Shown piece after piece: positions 53,731-64,000 of a stretch of 64,000 nucleotides of DNA; positions within the stretch are counted from its first letter, which is position 1; each line of letters begins with the position of its first letter. The translations under genes and the position numbers were made by a program. Under the pieces are notes generated by a model, which saw only the letters and a list, made by a program, of their open reading frames with translations, searched no databases and had not been told where the DNA came from. This DNA is from Paraspadella gotoi (Eukaryota > Animalia > Chaetognatha): assembly GCA_051294375.1 (NCBI GenBank), contig CM119267.1:2457315-2521314 (forward strand). The letters run 5' to 3'.

Positions 53731-54415
53731 AAAAAGCGAAATTAAAATATTAAATTATATACATATATATGGAAACCAAAAAAAAAAATTAAAATTGAGG
53801 TGCAAGACTCTTGTGGAGATCGGTAACAAATTAAAGTCNNNNNNNNNNNNNNNNNNNNNNNNNNNNNNNNNNNNNNNNNNNNNNNNNNNNNNNNNNNNNN
53901 NNNNNNNNNNNNNNNNNNNNNNNNNNNNNNNNNNNNNNNNNNNNNNNNNNNNNNNNNNNNNNNNNNNNNNNNNNNNNNNNNNNNNNNNNNNNNNNNNNNN
54001 NNNNNNNNNNNNNNNNNNNNNNNNNNNNNNNNNNNNNNNNNNNNNNNNNNNNTCAGGGCAAAAAGTGAAAGGCGCTCAGTCAAAGTCAGCAACGAGTGAA
54101 GGGCGCATAGTTGAAGTCGTCTATAAGTGAAGAGCGCTCAGTCAAAGTCAGCAAAGAGCGCTCAGTCGAAGTCGGCATAAAGTAAAGAGCGCTCAGTCGA
54201 AGTTGGCATAAAGAAAAGAGCGCTCAGTCAAAGTCGGCATAAAGTAAAGAGCGCTTAGTCGAAGTCGGCAAAAAGCGCTCAGTTGAGGTTAGCAAAAAGT
54301 TAAGAGCACGAAACTGAATCGCGGCGCCGGTTGAACGAAACCATTCATTCCCATCAGCTCTTCTTCTCTTATCAGTTAACTGCAATAAGACCAGGTCACG
54401 CGACCCAAAGTGAAT

Positions 54416-54452
<37 letters not shown>

Positions 54453-55008
54453 NNNNNNNNNNNNNNNNNNNNNNNNNNNNNNNNNNNNNNNNNNNNNNNN
54501 NNNNNNNNNNNNNNNNNNNNNNNNNNNNNNNNNNNNNNNNNNNNNNNNNNNNNNNNNNNNNNNNNNNNNNNNNNNNNNNNNNNNNNNNNNNNNNNNNNNN
54601 NNNNNNNNNNNNNNNNNNNNNNNNNNNNNNNNNNNNNNNNNNNNNNNNNNNNNNNNNNNNNNNNNNNNNNNNNNNNNNNNNNNNNAGAGAGAGAGAGAGC
54701 TTTATAGCTTCCCCTTGCCCTTCGGAAGTTCCTTTTTGATTTCGTTCTTTTTCTCCTTAAATTTTTCTCCTCCAACTTTTTTCTTCAATATAACTTTATT
54801 TCATTTTTTCTTTCGCAACAAATAATTCACCCATGATTATTTATTTAAATATTTCCTTATTTTTCCTATTTTTTCTTTCATTTCCAAAACCTATTCTCTC
54901 TCATTCCATTTCATCTAACACCGTTTTTGGTCATGCTAATTTTATGCCATTTCCGTTACACCCACTTTGCTCCTCTTAAACCGAGGCTCTTTCCTCCTAC
55001 TCGTCCAT
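53731..55008 (+). repeat. Partial third copy of the duplicated segment (equivalent to ~44511-45656 and ~55793-57046)
   Basis: Begins aaaaagcgaaattaaaatattaaa, ends cctcctactcgtccata, then abuts the 31-bp array that starts copy B. Confidence 0.92.
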
Positions 55009-55250
55009 ACCCACCACCCTTCCACTCAGACCTCCTTAAACCCGCCACCCTGCCACTCAGACCTCATTAAACCCGACACTCTGCCACTCAGACCTCCTTA
55101 AACCCTACACCCTGCCACTCAGACCTGCTTAAACCCGACACCCTGCGACTCAGACCTCCTTAAAACCCGCCACCCTTCCACTCAGACCTCCTTAAACTCG
55201 CCACCCTGCTACTCAAACCTCGTTAAACATACCAACCTGCCATTAAACTA
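55009..55250. repeat. 31-bp minisatellite (CCACTCAGACCTCCTTAAACCCGCCACCCTG), about 7 units
   Basis: Clean tandem units read directly. Confidence 0.95.
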
Positions 55251-55407
55251 TTTTACCACCCAACTTTACCTTTCCCTCACCTCGCCACCCAACCACCTCG
55301 CCACCCAGCCACCCAACCACCCCGCCACTTTCCTTCTCCCAACCTCGCGACCTCGACCATCGCCGAAACCATCGTTCACTTGGACTTCGAATGCCGTTTA
55401 GCGGCAA

Positions 55408-55520
55408 AAGGGGGAGGGTGCCAAGGGGTGGGAGGGTGCCAAGGGGGAGGGTGCCAAGAGGGGGAGGGGGTGGAAAGGGAGAAAGGACCTGGGGGGAGGG
55501 TGGGGAGTTGGAAAGGGAGC
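55408..55520 (+). other. G-run cluster with GAGGGTGCCAAG x3; potential G-quadruplex
   Basis: More than 10 runs of G3 or longer with short loops; paralog at ~44004-44225. Confidence 0.65.
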
Positions 55521-55934
55521 GTGGTGTTGGTGAGAAAGGAAGGAGGAAAATGAGAAAATGAGAAAAAAGGAGGAAAGAAAAAAGGAGAAAGGAAAAAAGA
55601 AGGAAGGAAAAAAGGAGGAAGGAAAAAAGGAGGAAGGAAAAAAGGAGAAAGGAAAAAAAGAGGAAGGAAAAAAGAAAAGTCGAGAACAGAAGAAATCGAT
55701 TTAAAAAAAGATGGAAATATAAAGAAAATGAAACAAAAATTGAAAGAAAATAGAAATTCAAGATGATACCAGTAAATAAGTAAAAAAGTAATAAAAAGCG
55801 AAATTAAAATATTAAATCATATACATATATAATAGGTGCAAGACTCTTGTGGAGATCGGTAACAAATTAAAGTCAGTTTGTCATAGTTAAGACCTACAGA
55901 AATCCGTTAATGTTTGCAAAATATGAAATATACT

Positions 55935-56450
55935 TCAGGGCAAAAAGTGAAAGGCGCTCAGTCAAAGTCAGCAAAGAGTGAAGGGCGCATAGTTGAAGTC
56001 GTCTATAAGTGAATAGCGCTCAGTCGAAGTCAGCAAAGAGCGCTCAGTCAAAGTCGGCATAAAGTAAAGAGCGCTCAGTCGAAGTCGGCATAAAGTAAAG
56101 AGCACTCAGTCGAAGTCAGCAAAGAGGGCTCAGTCAAAGTCAGCATAAAGTAAAGAGCGCTCAGTCAAAGTCGGCATAAAGTAAAGAGCGCTCAGTTGAA
56201 GTCGGCATAAAGTAAAGAGCACTCAGTCCAAGTCAGCAAAGAGGGCTCAGTCAAAGTCAGCATAAAGTAAAGAGCGCTCAGTCAAAGTTGGCATAAAGTA
56301 AAGAGCGCTCAGTTGAAGTCGGCATAAAGTAAAGAGCACTCAGTCCAAGTCAGCAAAGAGCGCTCAGTCAAAGTTGGCATAAAGTAAAGAGCGCTCAGTC
56401 GAAGTCGGCAAAAAGCGCTCAGTTGAGGTCAGCAAAAAGTTAAGAGCACG
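55935..56450. repeat. 31/24-bp minisatellite, expanded array with 117-bp higher-order repeat
   Basis: Variant unit gagcactcag starts at 56100, 56217 and 56334 (117 = 24 + 3x31). Confidence 0.95.
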
Positions 56451-56555
56451 AAACTGAATCGCGGCGCCGGTTGAACGAAACCATTCATTCCCATCAGCTC
56501 TTCTTCTCTTATCAGTTAACTGCAATAAGACCAGGTCACGCGACCCAAAGTGAAT

Positions 56556-56607
<52 letters not shown>

Positions 56608-56690
56608 CGACTCACTCATTCACTTTCTCTAACTCTCTCCCTCTTTTTTTTTTCGTAGGAATGTATCCCTTTTGGCTGATTGGTGAGAAC

Positions 56691-56770
<80 letters not shown>

Positions 56771-57057
56771 TATAGCTTTCCCTTGCCCTTCGGAAGTTCC
56801 TTTTTGATTTCGTTCTTTTTCTCCTTAAATTTTTCTCTTCCAACTTCTTTCGCAACAAAGAATTCACCCATGATTATTTATTTAAATGTTTCCTTATTTT
56901 TCCTATTTTTTCTTTCATTTCCAAAACCGATTCTCTCTCATTCCATTTCATCTAACACCGTTTTTGGTCATGCTAATTTTATGCCATTTCCGTTACACCC
57001 ACTTTGCTCCTCTTAAACCGAGGGTCTTTCCTCCTACTCGTCCATAAACTCTTTCTG

Positions 57058-57116
<59 letters not shown>

Positions 57117-57276
57117 ATCTCAGACAGACATGGGATCCTCCCTTCTTCACTGCTTCGGCCCTTCTCTCCTTTCCTCGGTCGGAAGTGACCAGTGACCACG
57201 CGTCGCCCAAATCCATCAACGTTGGCGATAAAATTAACATCATTTCCGGAAGGAAGGTTGAAAAAAAAAAGGTGAC

Positions 57277-57317
<41 letters not shown>

Positions 57318-57396
57318 CATTTTCCGGACTCGATGCAAATTTTCGTTCTCCCTTCCTCCACAGTTCCAAGGACGATGAAAATGTTTTCCTTTTCTC

Positions 57397-57590
57397 TTTT
57401 TAGTCGCGCCGCGAGTACTCGCGGAGCAACTCTATAAATCACTTTTCGGTCGGTCCGTCGGTCCGTCGATCGGTTGGTATATCTGTCCTTGGGTCTGTCC
57501 CATTTAAATAAAAAATGCCTATAATTTGCCTATAGTTGATGATTACTCATTTGTTAAGACAGAAAAAAACCTCAATTCTAAGTGTCTGCT
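57397..57590 (+). mobile_element. Family B element within duplication copy B
   Basis: tttttagtcgcgccgcgagtactcgcggagcaactctataaatcacttttcggtcggtccgtcgg... Confidence 0.82.
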
Positions 57591-57734
57591 AGCGCATGTC
57601 ATATCATGTAACATCATGTCATGTAATGCCATGTCATGTCACAAAAAATACTCGTGATAAGGCAGTCACTGCGGCGCAAGACATTTGAATTACCGTTCTT
57701 GTTTTTCTAAATCCTTTATCTCACTCTTTTGCTT

Positions 57735-57801
<67 letters not shown>

Positions 57802-57860
57802 GATTATTTTCCCGTCGACCACAAATCGCAGCTTCGTTTCCAAGGTCAATGTTGTCGTCG

Positions 57861-57893
<33 letters not shown>

Positions 57894-58504
57894 TNNNNNN
57901 NNNNNNNNNNNNNNNNNNNTGGTTGCCATCAGCGTCATTCTGCGCCGTCAGCGACTCCACATCTCCCGGTATTTTTGCCGTCAGCTTTGCCGGTCTCGCA
58001 TCTCGTGCAATCTTCGTTTCATTTCAAATCCGCCGCCGTCGTTCGATTCCATCGGGTGCCACCCAAAGCAACGAGCGCCATCTACGCGGGCGGTTCCATC
58101 CGGCGTCGTTTGTTGGCAGCCGAGACGCGTCGCTATGGTTACCGATTAGGAAGGACGCTCCATGAAGAGAGCATGTTGAGTATAGCATGAAGGATAGAGA
58201 GAGAGAGGGGAGCATGGTGATTGGTGAGCAGGGCAAAGAAAGAGAGAGAGAGCGTGGTCTGGGCGAGTAAAGATACGGCGAGTCCCTCCACAAATATTCT
58301 TCGGAAGTAATAATCCTCCGATTAGATATAATATACTTGCCATTGCATAAAGCAATTATAATTACAGTTTTAGTCTATATTCTGTCTTGTTATTGACACG
58401 CAATGAAAGGCCATATTATTATAATTATGTAAATTTATTTATGATAAATAGTAACGACAGTAGCGACAACCGATCTCCATCAAAGGAAAAAGGGGGACAA
58501 GAGG

Positions 58505-58780
58505 AGATGGCACTGATGGCGTTTGAGGCACTGGCAGAATTGATGGCACTGGTGGCATTGATTGCGTTTGAGGCACTGGCAGAATTGTTGGTACTGGTGG
58601 CACTGATGACGTCGGAGGCACTGGCATAATTGATGTCACTGGTGGCACTGATGGCGTCGGGGGCACTGCCAGAATTGATGGCACTGGTGGAACTGATGGC
58701 GTTGGACGCACTGGCAGAATTGATGGCACTGGTGGCATTGATGGTACTGGTGGCATTAGTAGAACTAGTAGCATTGGGAA
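58505..58780. repeat. 45-bp minisatellite built from 9-bp subunits (GCACTGGCA GAATTGATG GCACTGGTG GCATTGATG GCGTYNGAG)
   Basis: About 5.5 units with no indels in this copy. Confidence 0.92.
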
Positions 58781-58819
58781 GGAAGGAACTTTGGACGTCG
58801 GTGACCACGGAATTCGAAA

Positions 58820-59666
58820 NNNNNNNNNNNNNNNNNNNNNNNNNNNNNNNNNNNNNNNNNNNNNNNNNNNNNNNNNNNNNNNNNNNNNNNNNNNNNNNNN
58901 NNNNNNNNNNNNNNNNNNNNNNNNNNNNNNNNNNNNNNNNNNNNNNNNNNNNNNNNNNNNNNNNNNNNNNNNNNNNNNNNNNNNNNNNNNNNNNNNNNNN
59001 NNNNNNNNNNNNNNNNNNNNNNNNNNNNNNNNNNNNNNNNNNNNNNNNNNNNNNNNNNNNNNNNNNNNNNNNNNNNNNNNNNNNNNNNNNNNNNNNNNNN
59101 NNNNNNNNNNNNNNNNNNNNNNNNNNNNNNNNNNNNNNNNNNNNNNNNNNNNNNNNNNNNNNNNNNNNNNNNNNNNNNNNNNNNNNNNNNNNNNNNNNNN
59201 NNNNNNNNNNNNNNNNNNNNNNNNNNNNNNNNNNNNNNNNNNNNNNNNNNNNNNNNNNNNNNNNNNNNNNNNNNNNNNNNNNNNNNNNNNNNNNNNNNNN
59301 NNNNNNNNNNNNNNNNNNNNNNNNNNNNNNNNNNNNNNNNNNNNNNNNNNNNNNNNNNNNNNNNNNNNNNNNNNNNNNNNNNNNNNNNNNNNNNNNNNNN
59401 NNNNNNNNNNNNNNNNNNNNNNNNNNNNNNNNNNNNNNNNNNNNNNNNNNNNNNNNNNNNNNNNNNNNNNNNNNNNNNNNNNNNNNNNNNNNNNNNNNNN
59501 NNNNNNNNNNNNNNNNNNNNNNNNNNNNNNNNNNNNNNNNNNNNNNNNNNNNNNNNNNNNNNNNNNNNNNNNNNNNNNNNNNNNNNNNNNNNNNNNNNNN
59601 NNNNNNNNNNNNNNNNNNNNNNNNNNNNNNNNNNNNNNNNNNNNNNNNNNNNNNNNNNNNNNNNNN
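58820..59666. other. Largest assembly gap (N run)
   Basis: Flanks match copy A at ~47580 and ~48556. Confidence 0.97.
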
Positions 59667-59883
59667 ATATTTTTCTGTTCTCCACCTTTCTTATTCTCCT
59701 ACGCAAGTCCCCATTTTCGCGATATCTTAATGCTGCAAGGGACACTTTTTAAAGCATTTTTATGCAGCAAGGCTCATCTGCGGCATCAGATGCCAAAAGG
59801 CTCCCCTTCTGCGGCATCGAGATGTCGCAAAGCCCCTCTTTTGTGACTTCCATTCATCGCCTGAGATTAATTCCGTTTTCATT

Positions 59884-59922
<39 letters not shown>

Positions 59923-60589
59923 AGATTTGATTTTTGTGTCTTTTGTTTTTTTCGCGAGATTTTTCATCGACTTCCCTTTTATTTTGTCGCTGATGCACCA
60001 AGGCGCCAAGGGCATCGTGCTGCCCTCTCTTGGGAATTTCAAAAGTGATTACCTCTGTCTCTCTCTCTCTTTCTCTCTCTCTCACTCTCTCTCTCTCTTT
60101 CTCTCTCAATTTCTTTCTCTTTGGGAATCCCTTTCGGGAATTACATTACCTTTCTTTTTTCTCTATTTCTTTCTTTATTTTTTAATTCATTTTTCACTCA
60201 CTAAGTAATTTTTCTTACGAGGCTTCTCACTCTCTATTTCACTCTTTCCATTTTCCTTTTCTATTTCTCTCATTTTCCTCTTTCCTCCTTTTCCTTCTTT
60301 TCTCTCCTTTTCCTCTTTTCTCCTCTTCCTCTCTTTCCTTTCTTTTCCTCTTTTTTCCTCTTCCTATATTTCTTTTTTTCCCTTTTCTTTCTTTTCTTTT
60401 TCCTCTTCCTCTGCCAAATTTCATCCTTTTTTAAGTCTGCCTCTTGTTCCCCTAATATTTTTTTAAAAAATTTCCGTTTCCTCATTTCCTCACTATTTTT
60501 TCTCCTTTTCTTATCATTTTCTATCTTCCTTCGTCTTTAATTCCTCCTCATCCCTCTCTCCTTTCTTTCCTCTTCCTCTTCCTCCTCCT

Positions 60590-61030
60590 TCCGTCGCGCT
60601 CGCTGATTGGCTCGGATCCAAAGTGGGCGTGGTCGCTCTTTTCCGGGGCTTCGATCCCGCGTCGGGCGGCGAATAACGGGAGGGAGGCGAGCGGTCCGCG
60701 GCGCGGGGCGGTGCGGGGCGGCGCGGGGCGGGGCCTGCGACGAAAAACTGGACGAGGCCCAAAAAAAAGTGTTCATCTGTCAGCCTGGCGGCGATGCGGA
60801 GGCGTGGCTCGGAGCAAAGGCGAAGACGACGATGACGACGACGACGACGACCGGGATCCGCCGTCCCCGAGTAACAAAAAAGGAACAACGGCGCGGGAGG
60901 AATAAAAGGCGGCGGCGGCGGCGGCGGCGGCAGAGGCGGCGGCGGCGGCAGAGGCGGTGGCGTGAAAATCGAAAAAAGACGAGATGGGCGTCGTCGTCTT
61001 TGTCGTTGCCAAAGTCCGTTTTTCGTTCAC
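60590..61030. promoter_or_regulatory. CpG-island-like segment with inverted CCAAT box and GC boxes (copy B)
   Basis: ATTGG at 60606, GGGCGTGG at 60625, repeated GCGGGGCGG at 60703-60734. Confidence 0.4.
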
Positions 61031-61064
61031 GACTCACGAACGACAGAATTGTAATACCCAAGAA

Positions 61065-61165
61065 TTCATCTCATCCTCACTTTATCCTCATCCTCACTTA
61101 ATCCTCATCCTCACTCAATCCTCATCTTCACTTAATCCTCATCTTCACTTAATCCTCATCCGAAT
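61065..61165. repeat. 17-bp minisatellite (CTTAATCCTCATCYTCA), about 5 units
   Basis: Direct reading; paralog at 50085-50185. Confidence 0.9.
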
Positions 61166-61934
61166 GTGGTTACTCACGACGTTTTAGTCAAAGGAGAAGA
61201 TTGTGAAAATTTTTGAAACTGGAAAGATTTAAAAAGTTTTGTTAAAACTCTCTTCATTGTTTTTCCTCCCTTCTCCACTTCTTCGCTGCCACCGTCCTCC
61301 TTCTCTTCCCTTCCTTTCTTCTCGCTCCCTTCCTCCTTCCTTCCTTCCCTCCTCCTCCTCTTCCTCCTCCTTTCTCCCCCTTCCCATGCCCCGCTCCCCC
61401 CTCCCCCTTCCCGCTTCCCCTTTCCCCTTGCCCTATCCCCTTCCCCATTCTTACATCTCAAATCTCCATTCTGTTTTTTCCTTCATCTTCATCAATATTG
61501 AGTTTTCTTTTATCATTGCCACAGTAAACCTTTCCAAAATCGCGCCTTACGAGAGGGATAAAAAAAAACAGAATAAATTTCTTAAAGCCGGAAAACATCC
61601 TTTGAAATCTCTTCTTTTCTTTTTTTACTATGAATTTCGTCGATCTACTTTGTCTTAGTCAATCAAGTGAGTCGTTAAGTCAGTACAGTATGTCACATCA
61701 GTCCAGGTCGGTCGGTCAATCGTCGATTGTGGCGGCTAAATTGTTTCCAGCCTCTCGAGATACGTAGCATCAAAAAATTTTTGAATTTGGAAATGAAAAA
61801 AATTTTAAAAATTTAAAATATTAGACAGCGATATAAGCGGAAGATTATTCCCATATTCGGCTTTCTCCCTCAACACATCTTTCGTATCCTTCCCTCCTTC
61901 TCTTGTGGTTGGCTCTGCCATTGATGTAATTCCC

Positions 61935-62902
61935 CGCCCTCTTTCCTCCTTTCCGCCTCCCTCTTTCTCTCATCCCCTTCTTCCTTTCTCCCTCCTTTTG
62001 TTCCTACCCTCTCTTCTCTCTCCCCTCTCCTCTTTCTCTCTCCTTTTTCTCCTCCTCCTCTGCTCCTCCTCTTTCTCTCTCCCCCCGCTCCTCTAATTTT
62101 TCTCTCCTCTTTTCTCCTTCTCCTCCCTTCCTTCCTCCCTCCTATCTCTCTCCCCTCTCAACTTCCCCTCTTTTTCTCTCACTCTTTCTCCCTTCCTCGC
62201 CTTCCTCCTTCCGTCCTCGCCTCTTTCCGTCTCCCCTCCTTCCCGGTCCCGACGTCCCTCTCTCCTCTTCGTCCTCTTTTCTGCCTTTCCTTGCCCTTTC
62301 CTTCCCTTCCTTCCTCCCCTCCTCTCTCCTCTCTTCCCTCTTTTTTCCTCTGCTTTCTCCCCTCCTTTCCTGTCTCCTCCTCTTGCTTCTCTCTCCTGTC
62401 CACCTTTCCCTCCTCTCTCCCTGTCCTCTTCCCTCCCATCTTCTCAACTCTTTACTCTTCCCCTCCTCCCCTTCCCCTCTTTTTCTCTTCCTCTTTTCTC
62501 CTTCCTCCCTTCCTCCTTTCCTTCCTCCCTCGTTTCTCTCTTCCCCTCTCCTTCCCCCTTCTTTTTCTCCTTCTCTCCTTTCTCCCTTCTCCCTGTCTTC
62601 CTCTCCTCTTTCTGCTCTCCCTACTCCTTCCCCCTCTTCCTCCACTTTCTACTTCCTCTCCTTTCCTCCTTCCCTATCCTTTTTTCCCAGCTTCCTTTTA
62701 CCCTTCCTCCTTCCCTCTTTCTCTGCCTTTCTCACCTTTCCTCCCTTCTCTTCTTCCTCCTTCCCCCTCTTCTCCTCTTCTTCCCGTATTTTTCTCTCCT
62801 CCTTTCTCCCTTCTCCTTTATCCTTTGCTTACTCCCTCCCTTCCTCCCTTCCCTCCTCATCCTCCCTTCCTCCCTTCCCTCCATCTCCTTCCTTTCTCTC
62901 CG
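61935..62902. repeat. ~1-kb polypyrimidine low-complexity tract
   Basis: Almost exclusively C/T on the + strand. Confidence 0.95.
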
Positions 62903-63049
62903 CCACTGAAATCCAAATGAATTCCCGATTGTGATTTTCTATGGCGACGCGTGAACTTCTCGTTTAGATAAGTAAAAACAAATGATTCAGAATCTCGGAA
63001 TAAATGCGTTTTTGAAAGTGGCCGATTTGGCGGAAGCGTGCGGCGTCGC

Positions 63050-63755
63050 GCGGCAGGAGGGGCGGGCGGCAGCGGACGGCAGCGGTCGGCAGCGGGCAGC
63101 ACCGAGCGGCAGCGGGCAGCACCGAGCGGCAGCGGGCGGCAGCGGGCGGCAGCGNNNNNNNNNNNNNNNNNNNNNNNNNNNNNNNNNNNNNNNNNNNNNN
63201 NNNNNNNNNNNNNNNNNNNNNNNNNNNNNNNNNNNNNNNNNNNNNNNNNNNNNNNNNNNNNNNNNNNNNNNNNNNNNNNNNNNNNNNNNNNNNNNNNNNN
63301 NNNNNNNNNNNNNNNNNNNNNNNNNNNNNNNNNNNNNNNNNNNNNNNNNNNNGTGGTAGCACATGTCAACGGGATGTGGCAGCAGCGGAAGAAGACATGA
63401 AAAGCAAAAAGACGGTAGAGGATGATGTGGGCGGCTGGAGTGGCAGCTGGAAGCAGCAAATGGTGGCAACCAGCAGAAAAGGACAGAGGTGGCAGCGGTG
63501 GTAGCAGCCACAGGGAGTGGCAATGGGCTACAGTAGGCTGCAGCAGCAAGTAGCTATGAGCGGCATTGCTTGAAAGCAAGTGGCAGTGAACAGTAGTATG
63601 ATGTGTCTAGCTGCATAAAGCGGCAGTGGGTAGCAGTGGGCGGTAGCGGGCGTCGGCAGTGGGCGGCAGCGAGTGGCAGCGGGCAGCAGCGGGCGGCAGC
63701 AGAGGGCAGCGGGCGGAAACGGTTGGCAGCAGGCGGTAGTGGACGGCAGCGAACG
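63050..63755. repeat. Degenerate (GGCAGCG)n-type GC-rich repeat spanning a gap
   Basis: ggcagcg/ggcggcagc units at 63068-63154 and 63620-63752. Confidence 0.85.
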
Positions 63756-63859
63756 TCAAATTGCAAAAGAAACATTTAAAGAATTTTGATTTTAAAATTT
63801 TATTTAATCAAAAGTTTCCTTTTAAATCAATATTATTATTAATTATTACATTCGGCTAG

Positions 63860-64000
63860 AGATGGTCGGGCTGTCAGATATAATTTTGGTCTCTCGGTAA
63901 TTATTTTGGTGTCTCAGTCATTTTGGGTCTGTCGGTCATCATTTTGGGTTGGTCGATCATTATTTGGGTCTGTCAGTCATCATTTTGGTCTGTCGGTCAT
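63860..64000. repeat. ~20-21-bp minisatellite (CATTTTGGGTCTGTCGGTCAT) running off the window end
   Basis: About 6 degenerate units. Confidence 0.88.

Larger units (their letters stand above)
55009..62900 (+). repeat. Copy B of ~8-kb composite duplicated segment
   Basis: See copy A; offset drifts from ~11.4 kb to ~11.0 kb; right boundary is blurred in the polypyrimidine tract. Confidence 0.9.

Noticed and set aside
43381-56450. 31-bp repeat arrays as CRISPR arrays
   Set aside because: Units are head-to-tail with no unique spacers, there are no cas genes, and the context is eukaryotic.

Overview
This window is eukaryotic, probably invertebrate-animal, non-coding DNA from a gappy draft scaffold. 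It is dominated by microsatellites ((GA)n, (GAC/GAT)n, (AAT)n, (ATTT)n, (GAAA)n), long polypurine/polypyrimidine tracts and minisatellites. I found no intact protein-coding gene, rRNA, CRISPR array or prokaryotic operon; nearly all ORFs in the supplied track are translations of simple repeats or N-gaps. The structure I can support is as follows. (1) An ~8-kb composite segment is present twice (43.4-51.2 kb and 55.0-62.9 kb), plus a partial third copy (53.7-55.0 kb). (2) There are two dispersed short-repeat families: a palindrome-headed, microsatellite-containing HINE/DINE-1-like element (about 9 copies) and an ~185-bp element clustered at 12-22 kb. (3) Three unrelated minisatellites all have a 31-bp period. 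(4) A pseudoknot/hairpin-rich segment lies at 28.05-28.2 kb. (5) There is a decayed tRNA-like sequence and possible degenerate retroelement fragments. Five gaps of exactly 25 N and indel-rich duplicates suggest long-read gap filling, so some duplications may be assembly artefacts. I cannot support a claim of a novel biological system. The best leads are the structured-RNA candidate, the two dispersed families and the composite duplicated unit.
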